Shown piece by piece: positions 26,627 to 35,400 of a DNA stretch of 37,921 bases (position 1 is the first letter of the stretch; every line of letters starts with the position of its first letter). Position numbers and translations under genes: made by a program. The notes under the pieces were generated by a model, which saw only the letters and a program-made list of their open reading frames with translations, ran no database searches and was not told the DNA's origin. Origin of the DNA: Candidatus Methylomirabilia bacterium (GTDB taxonomy: Bacteria; Methylomirabilota; Methylomirabilia; Rokubacteriales; CSP1-6); the NCBI GenBank assembly GCA_041497895.1, contig JBGQHJ010000030.1, positions 1 to 37,921 on the forward strand, written 5' to 3'.

Positions 26627-27778
26627 GTGAACAATCTGTTCTACCTCACCGACGAGCAGCGCGCGGTCCGCGACCTGGCCCGCGAGATCGCCCGGGAGCG
26701 CATCGCCCCCCTCGCCGCGCACGTGGACGAGACCGGCGAGTATCCCCACGAGCAGCTCAAGCTGCTCGGCCAGCAGGGCCTGATGGGGCTGCACATCCCG
26801 GAGGCCTACGGAGGCAGCGCCGCCGGATCGCTCGCGTTCTGCCTGGCCGCCGAGGAGGTGGCGTGGGCGTGCGCCTCGACGTCCACGATCTTCCTGGTCC
26901 AGAACCTGGGGGGCTACCCCATCATCTTCGGAGGCAGCGAGGAGCAGAAGCGACGCTACCTGCCGCGGCTGGCCTCGGGCGAGATGACCGCCGCGTTCTC
27001 GCTCTCCGAGCCCGGCTCGGGCTCCGACGCGGCGGCCCTGACGTGCCGCGCGGTGCGCAAGGGCGACCGCTACGTGCTGAACGGCTCCAAGATGTGGGTT
27101 ACCAACGGCTCGCACGCGGGGGTGATCACCGTGTTCGTCACCACCGAGCCGGGCCAGCGGGCCAAGGGCGTGACCGCGCTCCTGGTGGAGCCCGGGCTCA
27201 AGGGTTTCTCGGTCGGCAAGCCCGAACGCAAGCTGGGCATCCACGGCTCCCCCACGGTGGCGCTCCACTTCAGCGACTGCGAGGTGCCGGTGGAGAACCG
27301 GCTGGGCGCGGAGGGCGAGGGGTTCAAGGTCGCGATGAAGACCCTCGAGCAATCGCGGCCCACGATCGGGGCCCAGGCGGTGGGCATCGCCCAGGCCGGC
27401 CTCGACGCCGCGGTGGCCTACGCCCGGGAGCGCCGCGCCTTCGACCGGCCCATCGGCCAGTTCCAGGGCATCCAGTTCATGCTCGCGGACATGGCGATGG
27501 CGGTACACGCCTCGCGCCTGGTCGTGCATCACGCCGCCGGGCTCATCGATCACGGGATCACCGGCGCGGCGCTCGAGTCCTCGGCCGCGAAGTGCCTCGC
27601 CTCCGACACCGCCATGAAGGTGACCACCGACGCGGTGCAGATCTTCGGTGGCTACGGCTACACCCGCGAGTTCCCGGTGGAGCGCTTCATGCGCGACGCC
27701 AAGATCACCCAGATCTACGAGGGCACGAACCAGATCCAGCGAGTGGTCATCGCCCAGCATCTGCTGGGCAAGTCCTGA
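26627..27778 (+). CDS. Acyl-CoA dehydrogenase (short/branched-chain-like)
   Basis: FSLSEPGSGSDAA, LNGSKMWVTNG, KLGIHGSPT, QIFGGYGYTREFPVERFMRDAKITQIYEGTNQIQR. Confidence 0.95.
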   Translation: MNNLFYLTDEQRAVRDLAREIARERIAPLAAHVDETGEYPHEQLKLLGQQGLMGLHIPEAYGGSAAGSLAFCLAAEEVAWACASTSTIFLVQNLGGYPIIFGGSEEQKRRYLPRLASGEMTAAFSLSEPGSGSDAAALTCRAVRKGDRYVLNGSKMWVTNGSHAGVITVFVTTEPGQRAKGVTALLVEPGLKGFSVGKPERKLGIHGSPTVALHFSDCEVPVENRLGAEGEGFKVAMKTLEQSRPTIGAQAVGIAQAGLDAAVAYARERRAFDRPIGQFQGIQFMLADMAMAVHASRLVVHHAAGLIDHGITGAALESSAAKCLASDTAMKVTTDAVQIFGGYGYTREFPVERFMRDAKITQIYEGTNQIQRVVIAQHLLGKS

Positions 27779-27801
27779 GTGTCCATCCCATGGAGGATTC
27801 G

Positions 27802-29079
27802 ATGAGCGACCGCCGGACCGCGTCTCGAGTGCACCGTCGCACGTTTCTGAAGGCCACCGCCGCGGGCGCCGCCGTCCTCGGCTTCCCGGCGGTGCTGCGG
27901 GCCCAGGTCCCGACGTTCAAGGTGGGCGCCATCCACCCGGTGACCGGCCCCCTCGCCGAGCCGGGGCAGGCCTGCCGCCTCGGCGCGCAGATGGCGGCCG
28001 ACGCGATCAACGCGGCGGGCGGCATCAAGTCGCTCAACGGGATGAAGATCGACCTGATCGTCGGCGACACCCAGACGAAGCCGGATATCGGGCGCACCGA
28101 GGCGGAGCGGGCCATCAACCAGGGCGCGCAGATGCTGATGGGCTCCTTCGACTCCGGCTCGACCGCGGCGATGGTCCCGGTGGCGCAGCAGCGCCGCATC
28201 CCGTTCCTGGTGGACATCGCGGCGGCGGACCCGATCACCGCCAACGTGGCGAAGGCGGTGAAGGAGGGCCAGCAGAAGGTCCAGTACGTGTACCGGAACT
28301 TCCCCACCGGCTCGTCGTTCGGGCGCAAGGCGGTCCAGTACTTCACCGAGGTCTTCCAGGAAGCCAAGGTCTCGCCGAAGCGGGTGGTGCTGATGTACTG
28401 CAACGACCTCTTCGGGCAGAACAACGCCAAGGGCTTCCAGGCCGCCCACGCCGCCGCGAAGCCCTCGTGGGAGATCGTCGACGTCATCCCGTGGCCGGAG
28501 CCGCCCCAGGACCTCTCCACCGAGGTCTCGCGCGCCAAGGCGGCCAAGCCTGACATCATCGCCCCGATCACGCGGCCGGCGAGCGCCCAGCTGCTGCTGC
28601 CCGAGATCCGCAAGCAGCGCCTGGACATCCTGGGCGTGGTGGGGCCGGGCAGCCCGGGTCTCTACGAGGCCGGCCAGCTCGCGGTGCTCAAGGAGGACCT
28701 CGACTACGTGATGAGCAGCCTGCCCTGGCCGAACTTCAAGAACCCGCGCACCCAGAAGGTCGCCGAGGACTACCTGAAGCGCTCCGGGGGCAAGACCTTC
28801 GACACCAACTCGGGCTACTCCTACGACGGCATGATGCTGATCGCCGACGTGCTGGAGCGGGCGAAGTCGACCGATCCCGACGCGATCGTCGAGGCGCTCC
28901 GGAAGACGAACTTCACCGGCGGCCTGATGCAGTACGCGGGGCCGGTCGTCTTCAACGAGATCGGCGACAATCCCAACGCGGTCACCACCATGATCCAGAT
29001 CCTGGGCGGCAAGCCCGTCGCGGTCTGGCCCAAGGAGGCCGCGCTCCAGAAGTTCGTCTTCCCGCGTCCCAAGGCGTAG
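27802..29079 (+). CDS. HAAT/Liv-family ABC substrate-binding protein with Tat signal
   Basis: GGAGG SD; twin-arginine HRRTFLK and cleavage LRA|Q; KVGAIHPVTGPLA...INAAGGIKSL...GDTQ; YSYDG...DVLERAKSTD. This is the 3' part of track ORF 25996..29079. Confidence 0.92.
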   Translation: MSDRRTASRVHRRTFLKATAAGAAVLGFPAVLRAQVPTFKVGAIHPVTGPLAEPGQACRLGAQMAADAINAAGGIKSLNGMKIDLIVGDTQTKPDIGRTEAERAINQGAQMLMGSFDSGSTAAMVPVAQQRRIPFLVDIAAADPITANVAKAVKEGQQKVQYVYRNFPTGSSFGRKAVQYFTEVFQEAKVSPKRVVLMYCNDLFGQNNAKGFQAAHAAAKPSWEIVDVIPWPEPPQDLSTEVSRAKAAKPDIIAPITRPASAQLLLPEIRKQRLDILGVVGPGSPGLYEAGQLAVLKEDLDYVMSSLPWPNFKNPRTQKVAEDYLKRSGGKTFDTNSGYSYDGMMLIADVLERAKSTDPDAIVEALRKTNFTGGLMQYAGPVVFNEIGDNPNAVTTMIQILGGKPVAVWPKEAALQKFVFPRPKA

Positions 29080-29083
29080 CCGC

Positions 29084-29956
29084 CTGGACCCGGCGCTCAT
29101 CGCCCAGAGCCTGCTCAGCGGGCTCTTGTTCGGCGGCGTCTACAGCCTCATGGCGGTGGGGCTGACCCTGATCTTCGGGGTGATGCGGGTGGTGAACTTC
29201 GCCCACGGCGACATGATGGTGTGGGGGATGTACCTCGCCTGGCTGCTCGCCACCCGCGCCGGCATCGACCCCTACGTGGGCTTCGTGGCCTGCGCCGCGG
29301 TCCTGTTCGGCCTCGGCGTGCTGATCCAGCGCCTCCTGGTCGACCGCATCGTGGACGCGCCGCACGAGATGCAGATCCTCCTGATGCTGGGGGTGGCGCT
29401 CGTGCTCGAGAACGGCGCTCTCGTGGCCTTCGGCCCCGATCCCCAGCGGGTCCGCTCGCCGCTGCGCGCGGCCACCATCTGGCTCGGGCCGGTGTTCGTC
29501 GACGTGGCCCGGCTGGTCACCTTCGGGCTGGCCATGATCCTCACGCTCGCCCTGTACCTCTTCCTGAGCCGGACCGATCTCGGGCGCACCATGCGGGCGG
29601 CCGCCGACAACGCCTACGGGGCCCTGGTCATCGGCGCCGACGTGCGCCGGGTCTACGCGGTGGCCTTCGGCATCGGCGCGGCCTGCGTGGGGGCGGCGGG
29701 GGCGCTGGTCTCCCCGATCGTGCCCTTCCAGCCCGCGGGCGGCCTCGGGCTCTCGGTCGCCTCGTTCAACATCGTGATCATCGGGGGGATGGGCAGCCTG
29801 CCCGGCGCGTTCCTGGGCGGTCTCCTCGTCTCGGTGGCCGAGTCGCTCGGCGCGGTGTTCCTGAGCCCGTCGATGAAGGAGCTGGTGAGCTTCTCGCTGC
29901 TCATCCTCATCCTGCTCTTCCGTCCCGCCGGCCTCTTCGGAAGGGCCGCGCCGTGA
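29084..29956 (+). CDS. livH: Branched-chain amino acid-type ABC permease (LivH family)
   Basis: GGVYSLMAVGLTLIFGVMRVVNFAHG, GRTMRAAAD, IIGGMGSLPGA, LLFRPAGLFG. Family-like sequence extends upstream of the track start (TTG 29126) to CTG 29084. Confidence 0.92.
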   Translation: MDPALIAQSLLSGLLFGGVYSLMAVGLTLIFGVMRVVNFAHGDMMVWGMYLAWLLATRAGIDPYVGFVACAAVLFGLGVLIQRLLVDRIVDAPHEMQILLMLGVALVLENGALVAFGPDPQRVRSPLRAATIWLGPVFVDVARLVTFGLAMILTLALYLFLSRTDLGRTMRAAADNAYGALVIGADVRRVYAVAFGIGAACVGAAGALVSPIVPFQPAGGLGLSVASFNIVIIGGMGSLPGAFLGGLLVSVAESLGAVFLSPSMKELVSFSLLILILLFRPAGLFGRAAP

Positions 29957-30903
29957 GGTGGCTCCTCCTGGCCGCGCTCGCGGTCCTGCTGATGCTGCCC
30001 GCGTGGATCAACTCCTACGCGGTCACCGTGTTCATCTTCATCTTCTTCTACGCGTTCCTCGGCCAGGCCTGGAACCTGGTCGGCGGCTACGCGGGCCAGC
30101 TCTCCGCCGGGCACGCCGCCTTCGTCGGCATCGGGGCCTACACCTCGGCGCTCCTGTCCGCCCAGGCCGGGCTCACTCCCTGGGTCGGCATGCTGGTGGG
30201 CGGGGTGCTCGCGGCGGCGCTCGGCACCGTGGTTGGCTACCTGGGCTTCCGGTTCGGGCTGCGCGGCTTCTACTTCGTCCTCCTGACCGTCGCATTCGCG
30301 GAGGTCTGCCGCATCGTGGCGCTCAACACCGACGCGGTGGGCGGCGCGCTCGGCTTCTACATCACGTTCACCGGCAACCCGCGCCAGTTCCAGTTCCAGG
30401 ACAACCGCGCCTACTACTACGTCGCGCTCGGGCTGATGCTCGCGGCCACCGGCATCGTGGCCGGCATCGAGCGACGCCGCTTCGGCGCCTACCTGATCGC
30501 GATCCGCGAGGACGAGCAGGCGTGCGAGGCGCTCGGGGTGAACACCTTCCGCTACAAGATGCTCGCGATGGTGGTGTCCTCGTTCCTCACCGGGGTGGGG
30601 GGCACGTTCTACGCCTTCTATCTCTTCTCGCTCCAGCCCAACTCGGTGTTCGGCATCCCCCTCTCGGTGGAGATCGTGATCCGGCCCATCGTGGGCGGCG
30701 CGGGCACGGTGCTCGGCCCGATCCTCGGCTCCTTCATCCTCAGCCCGCTCGCGGAGGTCTCGCGGATCTACTTCGGGCAGGGAGGGTGGTCGGGCGCCCA
30801 CCTCATCGCCTACGGTCTCCTGCTGATCGCGGTGGTGCTCTTCCTGCCCCAGGGGGCCTATCCCGCCCTCCGCCGACTGTGGGTGAAGGCGGCGGCCCGA
30901 TGA
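29953..30903 (+). CDS. livM: Branched-chain amino acid-type ABC permease (LivM family)
   Basis: GTGA overlap; WNLVGGYAGQLSAGHAAFVGIGAY, LRGFYF, AIREDE, IVGGAGTVLGP. Confidence 0.92.
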   Translation: MRWLLLAALAVLLMLPAWINSYAVTVFIFIFFYAFLGQAWNLVGGYAGQLSAGHAAFVGIGAYTSALLSAQAGLTPWVGMLVGGVLAAALGTVVGYLGFRFGLRGFYFVLLTVAFAEVCRIVALNTDAVGGALGFYITFTGNPRQFQFQDNRAYYYVALGLMLAATGIVAGIERRRFGAYLIAIREDEQACEALGVNTFRYKMLAMVVSSFLTGVGGTFYAFYLFSLQPNSVFGIPLSVEIVIRPIVGGAGTVLGPILGSFILSPLAEVSRIYFGQGGWSGAHLIAYGLLLIAVVLFLPQGAYPALRRLWVKAAAR

Positions 30904-31667
30904 GCGCGGCCGGCGCGGCCGCGGGCGGCGCCCGGCCGCTGCTCGAGGTCCGCGGCATCGGCAAGCGATTCGGCGGCCTGCAGGCGGTGCGCGATCTCTC
31001 CTTCGAGATGGCCCGCGGCGAGGTGCTCGGGCTCATCGGGCCCAACGGCGCGGGCAAGACCACCGTGTTCAACCTGCTCTCGGGCTTCCTGGCCCCGGAC
31101 GGCGGCGAGGTGCGCCTCGACGGCCGCTCGCTCGCCGGGCTCAAGCCGCACGCGGTCTGCCAGCTCGGGCTGGTCCGCACCTTCCAGATCGTGCGCCCGT
31201 TCCCCCATCTCTCGGTCCTGGACAACGTGCGCGTGGGCGCGCTGGCCCGGCGGCCGCAGATGGCGGAGGCGCGGGAGCGGGCCCGCGCGGTCATCGAGCA
31301 GGTGGGGCTCGGCGCCAAGGCCGGGCAGCCGGCGGCCGGGCTCACCCTCTCCGAGCGCAAGCGGCTCGAGCTTGCCCGCGCGCTCGCCACCGAGCCCACC
31401 CTGCTGCTGCTCGACGAGGTGATGGCCGGGCTGAACCCGACCGAGATCGAGGCGATCGTGGGCCTGGTCCGGAGCATCAACGCGTCCGGGATCTCCATCC
31501 TGCTGATCGAGCACAACATGCGCGCGGTGATGACGCTGTCCGGTCGCATCGTGGTCCTGAGCTTCGGCGAGAAGATCGTGGAAGGGCCGCCCGCCACGGT
31601 GGCGAACCACCCGCGCGTCATCGAGGCCTACCTCGGCGAGGAATATGTCCACGCTCCTGCGCGTTGA
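30900..31667 (+). CDS. livG: ABC ATP-binding protein (LivG family)
   Basis: ATGA overlap; KRFGGLQAV, GPNGAGKTT, RTFQ, LLLLDEVMAGLN, IEHNM, VIEAYLG. Confidence 0.94.
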   Translation: MSAAGAAAGGARPLLEVRGIGKRFGGLQAVRDLSFEMARGEVLGLIGPNGAGKTTVFNLLSGFLAPDGGEVRLDGRSLAGLKPHAVCQLGLVRTFQIVRPFPHLSVLDNVRVGALARRPQMAEARERARAVIEQVGLGAKAGQPAAGLTLSERKRLELARALATEPTLLLLDEVMAGLNPTEIEAIVGLVRSINASGISILLIEHNMRAVMTLSGRIVVLSFGEKIVEGPPATVANHPRVIEAYLGEEYVHAPAR

Positions 31668-32358
31668 CGGCATCGAGGTCGGCTACGGCGACCTGACCGC
31701 GGTCAGGGACGTCTCGCTCGAGGTGCGCGAGGGCGAGGCGGTGGCGCTGATCGGTGCCAACGGCGCCGGCAAGACCACGACCCTGCGCGCGGTCTCCGGC
31801 CTCCTGCCGCTCCGCCGCGGTCGGATCGAGTTCCAGGGGCAGCGCCTCGACGGGCTCGGCCCGGCCGAGATCGTGGCGCGGGGCATCGCGCACGTGCCGG
31901 AGGGTCGCCAGCTCTTCCCGACCATGACGGTCCGGGAGAACCTCGAGCTGGGCGCCCGCTCCCGAGCCGCCCGCTCGGGGCGCGCCGGGATGCTCGAGCG
32001 GGTCTTCGAGCTCTTTCCCCGTCTCCGGGAGCGGCGCGAGCAGCTCGCGGGCACGCTCTCGGGAGGCGAGCAGCAGATGTGCGCGATCGGGCGCGGGCTC
32101 ATGGCCCGCCCGCGGCTCTTGATGCTCGACGAGCCGAGCCTCGGGCTGGCCCCGGTCCTGGTGAAGGCGATCTTCGAGGATCTGGGCCGTATCAACGGGC
32201 AGGGCATCACCGTCCTCCTGGTCGAGCAGAACGTGCTGCGCTCGCTCCACCTGGCCCACCGGGGCTACGTGCTCGAGAACGGGCGGATGACGCTCTCCGG
32301 CCCCCGGGAGGAGCTCCTGGCCAGCGGGCACATCAAGCAGGCGTACCTGGGTCTCTAG
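31645..32358 (+). CDS. livF: ABC ATP-binding protein (LivF family)
   Basis: GANGAGKTT, VPEGRQLF, LSGGEQQM, LDEPSLGLAP, LVEQN, AYLG. Confidence 0.95.
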   Translation: MSTLLRVDGIEVGYGDLTAVRDVSLEVREGEAVALIGANGAGKTTTLRAVSGLLPLRRGRIEFQGQRLDGLGPAEIVARGIAHVPEGRQLFPTMTVRENLELGARSRAARSGRAGMLERVFELFPRLRERREQLAGTLSGGEQQMCAIGRGLMARPRLLMLDEPSLGLAPVLVKAIFEDLGRINGQGITVLLVEQNVLRSLHLAHRGYVLENGRMTLSGPREELLASGHIKQAYLGL

Positions 32359-32374
32359 GCCCCCGAAAAACCTG

Positions 32375-32403
32375 TTCATTTCGGCGCCCTGCGGGCCGAG
32401 AAT
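32375..32403 (+). promoter_or_regulatory. Weak candidate promoter directly upstream of the giant sensor start codon
   Basis: TTCATT-N17-GAGAAT-N6-GTG(32410) in an AT-richer intergenic segment; no SD. Confidence 0.3.
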
Positions 32404-32409
32404 AGAACC

Positions 32410-35400
32410 GTGGGGCGCTTCACTCGCCACTTCGTCGTCCCGTTCCTGGTGCTGGTGGTTCCCCTGGGCATCCTGGCCGGGCTCGGGTTCCTCAGCGCAG
32501 AGCGCCAGCTCGCGCGCACCCGCGAGGACGCGATCGGCCGGACGGTGGACGCGGTGACCGCGCTGGTCGCCGACTACCAGCAGGCGCTCGAGCGGGAGAC
32601 GCTGCTCCTCGCCCGTGACCCCGCGGTCGTCGAGGGCACCGCAAAGGGGGACTGGGCGATCCTGGCTCGCGGCGCCTCGCCGCGGGTGCTGGCCGTGACG
32701 CAGGACGGGCTGGCCGACTTCATCGCGATCCGCGACGGCCGCGGCGCGCCGCTCGTGCAGGTGCCGGCCGGGCCGCCGCCGAGCCTGCCCGGGATGCCGC
32801 CGTCCCGCGAGCCGACCAGCGCGCTGCGCCTGGCCGGGGGTCGACCCTACTTCCTGGTCGTGGCCCCGATCAGCGGCGCCACCGAGCGGGCGCCGTTCGG
32901 CGCGACCGGCACGGTGGTGGCCGGCCGGCGCCTGGACGGTCTTGCCACGTCGCTCGATCGCCTGCCCGCCAGACCCGCGGTGCTCTTCCTGGCTGGCGAT
33001 CGGGCCCTCGCGGCCAGCCGCCCCGACCTGCCCACCGCCGGCTGGGCGCCCGCGGTGGGCTCCGGCGGGCTGACGGTGGCCGGGGAGCCCTGGGCCCTGC
33101 GACGCCTGGAGACCTCGCTCGCGTCGTCGTCCGACGGCGCGCTCTGGGTGGCCCTGTCGGTGCGCGACTTCGGCCGGGCCGAGCGACGGCTGCTCTACGA
33201 GTTCCTGGCCCTCGTCGCGGGCGGGGTGGTGGTGCTGGGCGGGGTGGTGCTGGCGTTCCTGCCGCCGGCTCCACGGGCGCGCCCGCCGGGCGCGCCCAGA
33301 GCCGAGAGCCCGCGGGTCGCGCTCGAGCGGCGCAATCGCGAGCTGGAGGCTCTCAACGCGGTCTCGGCGACCATCGGCCGCGGCGCGGACCTGGAGACCA
33401 CCGCGGCCGAGACCCTCGAGGTCGTGCGCGGGCTTGCGAACATGGACGTGGGCGGCGTGTACCGCGTCGACACGGCCGCGGGCGAGTTGGTCATGGTGGC
33501 TCACAGCGGGTTCGATCCGCGCTACGTGGAGCGTTTCCGGGTGCGGCCACTCGACGGCTCTCGGATCGGGGATGCGGTCCGCACCGGCGACATTCTGGTG
33601 ACGCACCTCGACACCACGCCGCCGCCCGAGGAGGAGCTGCGCCAGATGGCGGCCGAGCGCGCGCACCGCACCCAGCTCGCCATCCCGATCCCGGTGGAGA
33701 AGCAGACGTGGGGCGTCATGGCCCTCGTGTCCCGGGAGCAGCGGGAGTTCTCGGCCGAGGAGATGACCATCCTCTCGAGCGTGGCCCAGCAGGTCGGGCT
33801 CGCGGTGGAGCGGGCCCGACTTCGCGACATGGCGGCGGCCCGACTGAGCCGCCTCGAGGCCCAGCGGGTCATCGAGCGGCACATCTCCGAGCAGCTCGAC
33901 ACCGAGGAGCTGCTGGTGGTCATCGCGCGGTCGGCGCAGCGGCTGATCGGCGGCGGCTACGCGGCCCTCTACATGCTCGAGGGCGATACTCTCCGCCCGC
34001 GCGCCTGGTCGGACATCGGCGACTGGATCCGCGATCTGCGGTTCAAGACCGGCACCGGCGTGGCGGGCACCACGATGCTGAGCCGCCGCGGGGTGATGGT
34101 CAACGACTACCCGAATTCGCCCAGCGCGATGGCCGAGTTCGTGCCGTTCACGAGCCGCCTGCTCGCCGCGCCCCTGATGGCGGGTGGGCGCGCGCTCGGT
34201 GTCATGACCGCGGGCCGCGGGCCGGGTGCGGAGCCGTTCACCGAGGAGGACTTTTCCACCCTCACCGACTTCGCCACCCAGGCCGCGGTCGCCCTCGAGA
34301 ACGCCCGGCTCTTCGACGAGGCCACCCGCAACGCGGCCCAGTACCAGGCACTCCTCGAGGTGAGCGGCGTGGTGAGCTCCACCCTCGAGGTCGACCGCGT
34401 GCTGGACCTCGTGGTGGATCGCTGCCAGGCCCTGCTGGGAGTGGCGGCCCTGGGCGTCTCCCGCCTGGACCGGGCCAGCGGCCTCCTGATCTACGAGCGG
34501 GGGCGCGGGCTCTCTGGTGAGTTCCTGAGCACGCTGCAGGTGCGCCTGGGCGAGGGGACCACCGGAGGGGCGGCCGAGCGGCGCGAGCCGGTGTGGACCG
34601 ACGACATCCTGCACGACCCGGCGGTCACGCTCACCCCCGCCACCCGGGAGATCGTCGAGAGGGAGGGCTATCGCGCGGTCCTCTCGGTGCCCCTCCTCAG
34701 CAAGGGCGAGGTGCTCGGCGCGATGGCCGCCTACTGGTGGGAGCCCCACACGCCGTCGGCGAGCGAGATCTCGGTCATGAGCGCGCTGGGTGGACAGGCC
34801 GCGGTCGCGCTCGACAACGCGCGCCTCTTCGCCCAGGAGCGCGACCGCAAGGCCTCGCTGTCCTCGCTGCTCGAGCTCAACAAGAAGATCGGGGCGCTCG
34901 TCGCGCCGGAGACCCTGCTTGCCTCCATCGCCGAGGAGGCGGCCCGGCTGCTCGAGCTGGACAACGCGGGTTTCCGGCTGCTCGACGGCGACGATCTGGT
35001 GGTGGCCGGCGTGTTCGGCACCGCGGCCGAGACCATGCTCCGGCCCCGGCTCCGGGCGGGGGAGAGCATGAGCGGCAAGGTGCTCTCGACCGGGCAGGCG
35101 TTCATGTGTGAGATCGAGGACTCCGACGTGTTCCCGGAGCATCGGGCCGCCAGCCGGCGCCTCGGGTACACGCACTACCTGGGCGTTCCCCTCCTCGTGG
35201 GCGCGCGGTCCATCGGCGTCCTCACCTTTCGCGCGCGCCGGCCCTTCACCGCGCGAGAGCAGGAGCTCGCCGAGACGTTCGCGGGACAGGCCGCGATCGC
35301 GATCGACCACTCGCGCCTGTACCGGGAGGCCTCCGAGCAGGCGGAGCGCATGCGGGCGGTGGCGGAGCTCGGCCGGGTGCTCGTCTCGACCCTGGACGAG

